Shown one piece after another: positions 9,777 through 18,247 of a stretch of DNA of 64,000 nucleotides (positions are counted from its first letter, which is position 1; every line of letters starts with the position of its first letter). Below the pieces are notes generated by a model, which made no database searches, was not told the DNA's origin, and saw only the letters and a list, made by a program, of their open reading frames with translations. The position numbers and the translations under genes are program-made. The stretch comes from a virus. Lineage: Duplodnaviria; Caudoviricetes. Where the stretch lies: the IMG/VR virus record IMGVR_UViG_3300037047_000246. One strand, written 5' to 3'.

Positions 9777-12131
9777 ATGGCGCCCATAAGTTACAAAATC
9801 GCAGAAAATCTGTACCTCGTCGAGCAGGTAGTTTGCAACAAAGCCCCTCAGGCAAAGCCAGCAGACGTTCCGACCAATCACATCGTCGTCATCGACTGCT
9901 CCGGGAGCATGTCCGGGGACTTGCCCAAGATCAGGGAGCAGCTCAAGCGCAAGATGCCCAAGCTGCTTGGCGAAAAGGACACACTGTCTGTGGTCTGGTT
10001 CTCCGGCCGAGGTCAGTTCGGCACTCTGCTGGAGGCCGAGCCAGTTTCGACTCTTGCCGACCTGCAGCAGGTCAATCAAGCAATCGACAGGTGGCTGAGG
10101 CCTGTGTGTCTCACCGGCTTCAAAGAGCCCTTGGAAGAGGTATCCCGGCTTGTCGAGAGGATCGCTAAGAAGCACCCTGGCGCTTTCTCCATGTTCTTTA
10201 TGTCCGATGGGTGCGACAACTGCTGGTCGCGCCAAGACATCATGCAAGCGGCGCAGCAGGCCGCCGGCGGTCTGGCTGCTGCCACCTTTGTCGAGTACGG
10301 ATATTATGCGGACCGGCCGCTGCTGGCTGCCATGGCGGAGAAGTCTTCCGGCGCGCTGATATTTTCGGAGGATTTTGACCGGTACGCGCCGCAGTTCGAG
10401 TCGGCCATGCAGAAGCGCCCGATTGGTGCCAAGCGCATCGAGGTGGCGGTGGCCGGAAATCCTGTCGGAGGGTTTGCGTTCGCTTTGTCTGGCGCAGACC
10501 TTCTCACTTTCGCAGTCGAAGACGGCAAAGCGTCGGTGCCCGAGGGCACGAGCACTGTCGCGTACCTGTCCTCCTCCGGTGTCGGAGTGGTGGCCAAGGA
10601 CCAGCTGACCATGTCGGCGAAGGATGCCGCCCGTGGCGACAAAGGCGACGGCACGCTGGCACTAGCTTACGCGGCCGCGTCGCTTTATGCTGTGCGCATG
10701 CGTGCCGACGTGGTGCTCCCAGTGCTCAAGAGCTTGGGCGACGTCGCATTCATCGAGCAGTTCGCCAACTGCTTCGGTCGCCAAAAGTATTCGGAGTTCA
10801 CGGATGCGACCAAAGCGGCGGCGGCGGAAAAAGATCGGCGCTGGACTCTGGGTTACGATCCGGACCGCGTGCCGCCGGAAAATGCCTTCACGGTGCTTGA
10901 TCTGCTGCAGATGCTGCAGTCGGACGAGGGCAACCGGGTGCTGATGGAGCATCCGAGCTTCAAGTACAGCGCCATCGGCCGAGGCCGCATCGACGCCTCC
11001 GAGCAGCTGACGCCTGAAGAGCAAGCCGAGGTGGAGCGGCTCACCGCGCAAATCGCTGCAGCTGGCAAGAACACCAAAAAGGTGGCGGAGCTCACAGCCA
11101 GGATAGCATCTATTGCTGCCAACAAGCCGAAGGCTTTGGAGTTTGAGGCCGATCCGGCTCCGGACGGTTACCCTATTTCGAGTCTGACGTTCAACGAGGA
11201 CCGACCCAACGTCTCCATTCTGGTTAGAAAGCCTGGGACTGTGGATTTGTCGAGTCGCGTGGCTGAAGAGCTGGACGGGCAGTTCCCGGGCCATTTCCCA
11301 ACGTTTATCTGGCGCAACTACGCCATCATCAAAGACGGCTTGGTGAACGTCGACGAGCTGCCAGTGCGCGTGACGTACAGCACCGAAAAAATTTTGCAAC
11401 AGTACGAGTCCGATGGCACTCTGCCGCGCGCCGCTTTCGACGACATCGGTTGCGGCGTAGTTGTGTTCCACCTGCGCAAGCTGCCGGTCGTCAACCGCCA
11501 GATGGTGCGATCGGTGTCGGCGGCAAAGTTTTTTGCCACAAAGTACGAGCTCGTCCAGGCCCAGGCTGCCCAAAAGGTGTTCAACGGCTTCACCAAGGAG
11601 CTGCTGCTTGCCAAGAAGGCAGAAGGCATCGCAGCGCAGTACGGAGACGAGGCCGCCGCTTGGCTCAAGGAGCAGGGCATCAGCGACGGCGGATTCTCGC
11701 CCAAGACGGTGCAGGCAGAAGCGACTGACTTTTATATGGGCAAATGCCTGAAGGTGTCTCTCAAAGGCTTGTCTAGCTTGCCTTCGCTCAAGGACCTGCG
11801 CGAGCAAATCAAGAAGGGCAAACTCAACGCGGCCGGCAAGCTCATGAAGCCGCATTTCGACCGGGTTGAGGCTTTCTTGGCCAGCGACATCTCCCAGTCA
11901 GCAAACAGGGACGCGGTGCTCGAAACGTGGCTTGAAGTGCAGGCCAACGCAGCCCGGGACAGGGCCCGGGGTCTGATCTACCAGATCGCGCAGACCACGT
12001 TCTGCTTGGTGGTGGGGCAAGTCTGGTTTTCAGAATTCTCGTCGCTCGACGAGAACTCCATGGCCATCGACACCGATGAAGGGCGCGTCGAATGCAAGGC
12101 GGAGCTTTTGGAAACGCGCATCAAGTTGTGA
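9777..12131 (+). CDS. von Willebrand factor A (vWA) domain protein
   Basis: MIDAS DCSGS (HIVVIDCSGSM), T and FMSDG motifs; GGAG SD before ATG 9777. Confidence 0.8.
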   Translation: MAPISYKIAENLYLVEQVVCNKAPQAKPADVPTNHIVVIDCSGSMSGDLPKIREQLKRKMPKLLGEKDTLSVVWFSGRGQFGTLLEAEPVSTLADLQQVNQAIDRWLRPVCLTGFKEPLEEVSRLVERIAKKHPGAFSMFFMSDGCDNCWSRQDIMQAAQQAAGGLAAATFVEYGYYADRPLLAAMAEKSSGALIFSEDFDRYAPQFESAMQKRPIGAKRIEVAVAGNPVGGFAFALSGADLLTFAVEDGKASVPEGTSTVAYLSSSGVGVVAKDQLTMSAKDAARGDKGDGTLALAYAAASLYAVRMRADVVLPVLKSLGDVAFIEQFANCFGRQKYSEFTDATKAAAAEKDRRWTLGYDPDRVPPENAFTVLDLLQMLQSDEGNRVLMEHPSFKYSAIGRGRIDASEQLTPEEQAEVERLTAQIAAAGKNTKKVAELTARIASIAANKPKALEFEADPAPDGYPISSLTFNEDRPNVSILVRKPGTVDLSSRVAEELDGQFPGHFPTFIWRNYAIIKDGLVNVDELPVRVTYSTEKILQQYESDGTLPRAAFDDIGCGVVVFHLRKLPVVNRQMVRSVSAAKFFATKYELVQAQAAQKVFNGFTKELLLAKKAEGIAAQYGDEAAAWLKEQGISDGGFSPKTVQAEATDFYMGKCLKVSLKGLSSLPSLKDLREQIKKGKLNAAGKLMKPHFDRVEAFLASDISQSANRDAVLETWLEVQANAARDRARGLIYQIAQTTFCLVVGQVWFSEFSSLDENSMAIDTDEGRVECKAELLETRIKL

Positions 12132-12391
12132 TGCAACTTGTAGTGCCTCACCACATAGAGTTTCAACAGCATCCGGACGTGCTTGACATTCGCGTAATCA
12201 GGTACAGAGTTTTGTGCCGCAGGTGCGGATGCTGTTGTGAAGCTTCCCTGGACACATATTCGTACCTCAGCACTGGTGCGGGCGACAACAGGATACTGAG
12301 GCAGCTCATGCAGGAGTGGGAGATCGCGTTCCCCGCAGATTGCGACGAAGCTGCCTCTCTGAACCTAATCAGGTCTGTGCAAGAAACCTAA
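12131..12391 (+). CDS. Small CxxC protein, paralog A
   Basis: TGATG overlap with vWA gene; CRRCG...CDEA...RSVQET. Confidence 0.7.
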   Translation: MQLVVPHHIEFQQHPDVLDIRVIRYRVLCRRCGCCCEASLDTYSYLSTGAGDNRILRQLMQEWEIAFPADCDEAASLNLIRSVQET

Positions 12392-12405
12392 GGGTCCGGC
12401 CAAGC

Positions 12406-12666
12406 ATGACTGCTCACCAAGTCCAGTTCCACGCCTCGTCGGATGTTGCGACGAGCTTGCGGATGGGATATGCTCTGCGGTGCCGCAGATGCGGCTCCAA
12501 CGTCGCGGCATGGCTCGACATGAGGCATTTCAGGAACGTTCTCGGCACCAAAAGTCTCGAAGAGCGGATGCACGTCAAGCTCGAGCTGGAGTGGACGCAC
12601 CAAGTGCCTCATGACTGCGACGAAGCCATGGCGATCAACACGGTGCGCATGGTGCAAGAGTCGTGA
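12406..12666 (+). CDS. Small CxxC protein, paralog B
   Basis: CRRCG...CDEA...RMVQES; colinear with paralog A. Confidence 0.7.
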   Translation: MTAHQVQFHASSDVATSLRMGYALRCRRCGSNVAAWLDMRHFRNVLGTKSLEERMHVKLELEWTHQVPHDCDEAMAINTVRMVQES

Positions 12667-12709
12667 GTCTCGCGCATTTTGTGGTTCGAATTCCGGCGCT
12701 TGGGCTACC

Positions 12710-12738
12710 TTGACTCGACCCGGACGAAGTGTTATTTT
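12710..12738 (+). promoter_or_regulatory. Sigma-70-type (early) promoter
   Basis: TTGACT-17 nt-TATTTT with a TG extended -10, upstream of a run of small genes. Confidence 0.55.
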
Positions 12739-12855
12739 TGAATTATGCACTCGCTTAGATCTGACTGGAACTGCCACTTGTAACTACCTCGCGGTCCCCC
12801 GTCGCCGTCGCTGCTACCAACACCAGAGCAAGTGACGATTGAGACGGAGGACATC

Positions 12856-13221
12856 ATGAAGCAGTCAGTTGTAAGCATCAAGCATTGGATTAAGGCCAGC
12901 ATGGCCGAATCGCTCGAGATCCGCAAGCAGATACGCGCATCTGAGGGCGACGAACGCTCCCGCCTCTGGGGATGTAAGCGCAGCCTTGGTGACGACACTC
13001 GCCATATGCTGCTTGCCTACGCGTTTCTGCGCGGCAGGCTGTACTCGGCGACAGAGTGGAAGTGCGCCCCCAATAACAAACCCCGCCCCTCCTTCGTGCA
13101 GCATTTCCTTGAGGTCTCTTTGCCCAAGGGAGAGCCTTTGCCGGCCGAGTGGGATAAAGATAGCATCAAGGCGTGGCTGGCCCGCCCGATGGCCTCCGAG
13201 GCCAAGGAGCAGGCAGCATGA
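12856..13221 (+). CDS. Hypothetical phage protein
   Basis: GGAGG SD; ATG 12856; RHMLLAYAFLRGR segment. Confidence 0.7.
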   Translation: MKQSVVSIKHWIKASMAESLEIRKQIRASEGDERSRLWGCKRSLGDDTRHMLLAYAFLRGRLYSATEWKCAPNNKPRPSFVQHFLEVSLPKGEPLPAEWDKDSIKAWLARPMASEAKEQAA

Positions 13222-13664
13222 GGACGATTGTCAAGACCGAGCTTGTGCCAGCCGAGGAGGTCACTTACACGACGTACGGCTGCGACCTGTGCGACTTCAC
13301 GTCGGACGATGAAGACAACATCAAGCTGCACCACGGCAAGGAGCATGCGTGCAAGCGCAAGATGGAAGTGGACGGTGTCGAACTGTATTGGTTCGACACG
13401 GAGGAGGATGCCCAGACCTGGATCGAGCAGGATGAGTACGGCGCCGATGAGCGCAAGGTGCGTTGGTCTGACCCCGGATGGTACACCGCCTCGTGGTCGA
13501 CCGGGCCGTGCAGGCGCGGCTGCTGTACGCGAAGCTGCCGATCGCTCGAATCTGTGGGCTCCTACCTGTCTGAACTGGAGTACGCGGCCGAGCAGGCCGA
13601 ACAGCAGGCTGACAAGAAGCGCCGCCTGGCTCAGGCGATTCGCCAGGAGGTTGGCGATGGCTGA
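13218..13664 (+). CDS. Hypothetical protein with CxxC-x-H-x-H zinc finger
   Basis: ATGA overlap; YGCDLCDF...LHHGKEH. Confidence 0.7.
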   Translation: MRTIVKTELVPAEEVTYTTYGCDLCDFTSDDEDNIKLHHGKEHACKRKMEVDGVELYWFDTEEDAQTWIEQDEYGADERKVRWSDPGWYTASWSTGPCRRGCCTRSCRSLESVGSYLSELEYAAEQAEQQADKKRRLAQAIRQEVGDG

Positions 13665-13983
13665 GAAGCTCTTTCTGGTCACTCGCGCAGATCTGCGGCC
13701 GGGTCAGCAGGCGGTTCAGGCTGCCCACGCAGCACACCAGTTTTGTGTCGATTTCCCAACTGAGTTCGCGGCCTGGTTTGAACGTTCCAACACTTTGGCA
13801 ATGCTCACTGTGCCCGACGAACAGGCGCTGCGGCAGTTGGCTGACCTGGCAGATGACTGGGACTTGAAGTTGTCGATGTTTCGCGAGCCTGACCTTGGCA
13901 ACGCTTTGACTGCTTTGGCGCTCGAGCCAGGTTCAGGCACCAGAAGGCTGTGCCGCAATCTGCCGCTAGCTCTCGGCGGCTGA
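13657..13983 (+). CDS. Peptidyl-tRNA hydrolase, Pth2-like
   Basis: AGGAGG SD; KLFLVTRADLRPGQQAVQAAHA...FREPDLGNALTALALEP...LPLAL matches the PTH2 fold pattern. Confidence 0.75.
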   Translation: MAEKLFLVTRADLRPGQQAVQAAHAAHQFCVDFPTEFAAWFERSNTLAMLTVPDEQALRQLADLADDWDLKLSMFREPDLGNALTALALEPGSGTRRLCRNLPLALGG

Positions 13984-14056
13984 CTACCTCGGAAATTTAG
14001 CTGCCTGGAGCGTAGCGGCGGCCAGTGGAAGCCATCCGCGCGAAAGGTATCAAGAA

Positions 14057-14290
14057 GTGACATTCCCGGTGACCGAATCAGACCTGTGGAGCGTATACCC
14101 ACGGGCGACCCACTGCTGGAGGCTCGTATCCACTGACGCGGACCGGGTCGAAGTGTACGAATGCGATCGGTGCTCGGCCAGGAAGTTCATCTACAACGAC
14201 GTGAACGTTCAAGTGTATGACGCGGCTGGCCGAGAAGCGTCCATGGTCGAGTGCGAATACTACGGGATAGCGAACGTTATGGAAGAGTGA
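14057..14290 (+). CDS. Small hypothetical protein
   Basis: GTG start; HCW...YECDRC; ends ECEYYGIANVMEE. Confidence 0.6.
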   Translation: MTFPVTESDLWSVYPRATHCWRLVSTDADRVEVYECDRCSARKFIYNDVNVQVYDAAGREASMVECEYYGIANVMEE

Positions 14291-14337
14291 CTCTCGGCGC
14301 ATTTGTCGCGCAGTTTGCGAACAAGGATAGCACACAA

Positions 14338-14427
14338 GCCCTCGTAGCCCAGCGGTCGAAGGCAGGCGGCTTTAAACCGTCCACGAGCGAGAGCTCGTCA
14401 CCGGGGGTTCGACTCCCTCCGAGGGCA
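14338..14427 (+). tRNA. Class II tRNA with UUA anticodon (ochre suppressor; probably Tyr-derived, Ser/Leu not excluded)
   Basis: Acceptor GCCCTCG/CGAGGGC plus A73; D-arm GCCC-AGCGGTCGA-AGGC; anticodon stem GGCGG/CCGTC with loop CT-TTA-AA (anticodon 14372-14374); 6-bp variable arm with GAGA loop; T-arm GGGGG-TTCGACT-CCCTC; CCA not encoded. Confidence 0.85.
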
Positions 14428-14428
14428 C

Positions 14429-14989
14429 TTACTGCGATCGTGACAGCTTGGCAGCTATTTTTTCGAGCTGAAGCTGGAAATTTTGCAAAACAAACGGCAG
14501 CGCTATGGAAACCCTGCCGTCTCCACGGTCCGCGCCGTATATTGTCAGATCGAACGCTCCCCAAGACACTGGCGCAGGCAGCGGTCCTGCCGTTTTGGCA
14601 CCAGGCATGTACGACAGCGTCACGTGCGGCTTGAACTCAGGCCATTTGGCGCTGTACGACACTCCTGAGAGGTCGAGCTCCTCTTTCAGGTCTCGCTCCA
14701 ACTGCATGAGCTCAGGGGACTGCACCGGCAGGATAACTGGGGTGCCGTGGTGGCCCGGGTCGAACGAAGCCACTTCGCTGCATGTTAGCGTGAACGGCGA
14801 CGTTCGGCGCGTGACCTTGTGGCAAGCCACCATTGCAGCCGCAAGCTGCTCCATCGATGCTCCGTCGCCGAGGTACACCACAGTCACGTGCATTTCAGAC
14901 GCTGCTTGAACGTCGCCCGGCAGCGCGCCTGACATTTGCGCCAGAAGTCTGCCGACTTCCTGCGGGACTCGCAGAGCTATCATGGCCAT
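14429..14989 (-). CDS. 2H phosphoesterase (LigT/Acb1-like)
   Basis: Two HxT motifs, MHVTVVYLG and FKPHVTLSY, with typical spacing. Confidence 0.85.
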   Translation of the reverse strand: MAMIALRVPQEVGRLLAQMSGALPGDVQAASEMHVTVVYLGDGASMEQLAAAMVACHKVTRRTSPFTLTCSEVASFDPGHHGTPVILPVQSPELMQLERDLKEELDLSGVSYSAKWPEFKPHVTLSYMPGAKTAGPLPAPVSWGAFDLTIYGADRGDGRVSIALPFVLQNFQLQLEKIAAKLSRSQ

Positions 14990-15021
14990 AAGGCCTGCAA
15001 TCGACAAAACGTTTATCGAGC

Positions 15022-15918
15022 ATGCAGCGTGTGAACGATTTGTATTTGGGCCGCAACGCGCTTGGGCACGCCGCATATGCCGGGCGCAATTTCGCTGTCG
15101 GAGACCTCGTGGCGCAGTTCTCTGGCGACATCTGCTCAGCTGAGGATCTGCCGGAAATATCGTCCCCGGAGGACGACAGGTACATGCAGGTGGGCAGAAG
15201 CGTCTACATGGGCCCTTCTGGCTGGTTCGACGATTACTGCAACCACTCGTGCGATCCGAACGCCGGCGTGGCGGACGTCGACGGGTCCATGTGGCTGATT
15301 GCCATTCGGCCGATTGAGGCCGGAGATGAAATCGTGTGGGACTACTCCACCACGATGGACGAAGACGACTGGGAGATGGATTGCCGGTGCGGCAGCCCTG
15401 CGTGCAGAGGCCGAATCCGAGACTTCAAGCACCTGGAGCTCGGCTTGCAGCTCAAGTACGTCAGCCTAGGCATAGTGCCGGACTTTGTCCTGCAATCAGT
15501 GTCGCCTGACCTGCTGTCCTCGGCTCTCCGGTTCATGTCCGGGCAAGAGCCGGACGCGCCTTTGCTGGAGAAGCTTGCGCTGTCCATAGACGGCCCAAGC
15601 AAAAAGAAAAGCAAGGGCAAAGGGGGCAAGTCGCCTCCGACTGTGACTCTGCTCGACGTTGAAATGACCGAGGACGGCGGCGTCAAACAGAGCTGGGGCG
15701 TGTACGCTGAGGGGCAGAAAGTTGGCGTACACTCGGTGACCGACGCCGAGGGGGACACGAAGATACTGGGCAACGATCTGGACCTTGGCGAAGGCGGATT
15801 GACCGCGCAGCAAGCAGTTGCCCACATCCTGCAGGGTGCCCATCCGAGGTACTATCCGAAGCCTGGGAAAACTGTGGTGCTGGACAGCGCATTCGTGCAC
15901 AGCGCCTCTCGGAGCTGA
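15022..15918 (+). CDS. SET-domain protein lysine methyltransferase with post-SET motif and C-terminal extension
   Basis: YCNHSCDPNA, AIRPIEAGDEIVWDY, CRCGSPACRG. Confidence 0.9.
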   Translation: MQRVNDLYLGRNALGHAAYAGRNFAVGDLVAQFSGDICSAEDLPEISSPEDDRYMQVGRSVYMGPSGWFDDYCNHSCDPNAGVADVDGSMWLIAIRPIEAGDEIVWDYSTTMDEDDWEMDCRCGSPACRGRIRDFKHLELGLQLKYVSLGIVPDFVLQSVSPDLLSSALRFMSGQEPDAPLLEKLALSIDGPSKKKSKGKGGKSPPTVTLLDVEMTEDGGVKQSWGVYAEGQKVGVHSVTDAEGDTKILGNDLDLGEGGLTAQQAVAHILQGAHPRYYPKPGKTVVLDSAFVHSASRS

Positions 15919-15967
15919 GCCGGCGCGTGCGCTTCGCTGGACCTGGAGAACGTTTGAGAGGGGGGTT

Positions 15968-16195
15968 TTACTGCTTGGCCCAGCGGCCGCCGGCTGCCTT
16001 CTTGTAGACCCACCTGCCGCTGCATGCGCCGTCGACGTTGATGGAGTAGAACGCAACCTTGGTGTTGCCGGGCGACGAATCGTAGTTCTGGAGGCAGATG
16101 CGGCGGCCCGCGTTGTCCATATGGCCGGGGATCACTTGCGGTTCGCTCTTGCCGGCCACGATCACGGTGATCTTCTGCATGCTTTTCTTATTCAT
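15968..16195 (-). CDS. Hypothetical protein
   Basis: Short ORF (MNKKSMQK...) filling the gap. Confidence 0.45.
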   Translation of the reverse strand: MNKKSMQKITVIVAGKSEPQVIPGHMDNAGRRICLQNYDSSPGNTKVAFYSINVDGACSGRWVYKKAAGGRWAKQ

Positions 16196-16260
16196 GATTT
16201 GCCTTCTTTGCCGTTGTGCCCCCATGCAGAACATTACAACTTGCATGGTCCGTCCGTGAC

Positions 16261-16677
16261 ATGGACAACATGACTCGGCGACAGCGGTCCAGGCACATGT
16301 CTCAGATCAAGGTGTCTGGCACCAGACCTGAACGGGTGCTCAGGCAAATGCTGAAGCAGCTCACCGAGTCCAGGATGCTGTACAACGTGCGCGGCATGCC
16401 CGGCAAGCCAGACGTCGTGGTACCTGCCCTCAAGCTTGCCGTGTTTGTCGACGGATGCTTTTGGCACGGATGTCCGGAGCACGGCAAAATGCCTAAAAGC
16501 CACAAAGAGTACTGGGTGCCTAAAATAGTCGGCAACATGATAAGAGACGAGGACAACGTTGTGGAGTTGGAAGGCCTTGGATGGACCGTATGGAGGGTAT
16601 GGGAGCACGACTTGCAGCCCGGCTCTGCATTCAACACCAAGCGCAGGTTGGCTCGCAGGTTGGCTCGACTGATTTGA
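16261..16677 (+). CDS. vsr: Very-short-patch repair endonuclease
   Basis: RSRHMSQIKVSGTRPE, GKPDVV, FVDGCFWHGCP, W-x-P-K-I-x-x-N-x-x-RD, GWTVWRVWEH. Confidence 0.9.
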   Translation: MDNMTRRQRSRHMSQIKVSGTRPERVLRQMLKQLTESRMLYNVRGMPGKPDVVVPALKLAVFVDGCFWHGCPEHGKMPKSHKEYWVPKIVGNMIRDEDNVVELEGLGWTVWRVWEHDLQPGSAFNTKRRLARRLARLI

Positions 16678-16700
16678 ATTTTGATGCTGCTCGCTCGAAT

Positions 16701-17729
16701 ATGGATCTTGCTCAAAGAGTAGCTGCGCTGTACTGGGAGCTGAACAAAAAGACGTCGTGCGGAGACAGTTCTCTGGCCGAGTGCCCACAAGGCGCCGAGC
16801 CGGCCGACGTCGACCCCAGCAGCGCAGCCCAGCAGCTCAGAGACATTGCGGACCGGATCGACAACTCATCGGCGCCATCGCTGATGCTAGTGACCGGGTC
16901 TTTGGCCAGGCTTGCTCGCCGCATCAGGCAAGCCGACGCCAACTCGCTCGCCAAGAGCATTCAAGAGCGCATCTGGCAGGAGCTGATCTCATTGATGCCT
17001 GACGGCACTTGGGACTTTTCGGTGGGCCGCGGCTCTTCGGGCGGCTTGTACGACACCAGCTGGTCCGGCAAGGGATGGAGAGACGGGTACGTGTCTTTTG
17101 GGGCCAAGCCCGCCGCATGGTCCAATGCAGCGCTCATAGGCGGCATTCTGTTCAGGTTCAGGTACCAGTCAGAAGGGGTCATTCCGGCGAAGGGCACTCC
17201 GGAGCACAGCCAGTGGCTGCAGAACCGGGATCTCGGCTTCGAGGGGAATGTGGCCGAGAACGGCGTGCTCAGCGGCGGATACTACAACCACCAGCCCGGC
17301 GGCACGGTCGACACGTTTTCTGCCGGGTCCTCTCCCTCCGGCAGCACAGGGCTGCCGAAGTTGCAAGACACTTGGTTCGGCGACGCCGTGTTCGAAGTAG
17401 CCAGAGACGAGTCAGTTCTGAGCTGGAACTGGAGCGACCCCTCAGGCACCAGGCGAAGCATCCAAGAAGTGATAGACAGCATTGCTGCCCACCCTCCTGT
17501 CGGGGCGATGTCCAAGAATAAGCAGACTCTGCTGAAGATGAACCCCTACACCAGCGTGCGCAAGTTCGTCAACCAGTTGGTGAAAGAGCGCAGGAATCAG
17601 TTCTACACTGACGAGGCCGCGATGGTGGCTCAAGCCGAGGGCACGGTCGTCAATTCTGTCGTGGAGTCTCTGAAGAAGAAGGGCTTCGAGTACGTGGTCG
17701 GCAAGTCGCCACATCTCGCCAAAGTCTAG
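16701..17729 (+). CDS. Hypothetical, possibly virion-associated protein
   Basis: Starts MDLAQRVA; contains the QLRDIADRIDNS module shared with the 44647 gene. Confidence 0.7.
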   Translation: MDLAQRVAALYWELNKKTSCGDSSLAECPQGAEPADVDPSSAAQQLRDIADRIDNSSAPSLMLVTGSLARLARRIRQADANSLAKSIQERIWQELISLMPDGTWDFSVGRGSSGGLYDTSWSGKGWRDGYVSFGAKPAAWSNAALIGGILFRFRYQSEGVIPAKGTPEHSQWLQNRDLGFEGNVAENGVLSGGYYNHQPGGTVDTFSAGSSPSGSTGLPKLQDTWFGDAVFEVARDESVLSWNWSDPSGTRRSIQEVIDSIAAHPPVGAMSKNKQTLLKMNPYTSVRKFVNQLVKERRNQFYTDEAAMVAQAEGTVVNSVVESLKKKGFEYVVGKSPHLAKV

Positions 17730-17781
17730 CCCGGCGTGCGTGCGACTGGCAGGTCTTTGCCCGCAATGCTCGCGCCGCGCG

Positions 17782-18210
17782 CTAGACGTCCATCACCTGC
17801 CTGACCGCCACCCATTTGCGAAGCTCCGACACGGCGCACCCAAATCTCCCTTTAACTCGCCGACTCCGGCCGTAGTCGGTCAAGAAAACGAACACTCCGG
17901 TATCCGACATATGTCCGAAAAGTCGCGTATGGAATCCTGCGCGCACAGCCACAGCGTACGTCCTTCTCGGTCTGCCCGAATACGGTTCCATGACGGCCAA
18001 GACAATCAGGTCTGCGCCGGCGCCTACCGGGTGGGACCACATGACGGGCGGAATTTGTATCGGCGCTTTGGCCAGCTTCATTTTTCCATCATTTCCTGCA
18101 GCAGATGCTGATCGCACCCGAGCGCTAGCGCACGCGATTGAGTGCGCATCCCGCACACGTGCGTCGCGACCTCGCCGCAGACGGCAGCAGTTTCCCGGAC
18201 AAACGTCCAC
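17782..18210 (-). CDS. Hypothetical protein
   Basis: ORF fills the gap; start uncertain. Confidence 0.4.
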   Translation of the reverse strand: MDVCPGNCCRLRRGRDARVRDAHSIACASARVRSASAAGNDGKMKLAKAPIQIPPVMWSHPVGAGADLIVLAVMEPYSGRPRRTYAVAVRAGFHTRLFGHMSDTGVFVFLTDYGRSRRVKGRFGCAVSELRKWVAVRQVMDV

Positions 18211-18247
18211 TGGTGCATAGCCCCGGATACGTCTGCCGAGTCCGAAT

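Noticed and set aside
13984-14056. Possible structured RNA or ribozyme near the tRNA
   Set aside because: Some short pairings are possible (TACCT/AGGTA, GCTGCC/GGCGGC), but I could not fit an HDV/theta, twister, pistol or riboswitch consensus. An Infernal search would be needed.
14370-14376. Reading the tRNA as Leu(TAA) or Lys(TTT)
   Set aside because: The only good 5-bp stem (GGCGG/CCGTC) encloses CTTTAAA and places TTA at positions 34-36. The alternative registers do not pair.
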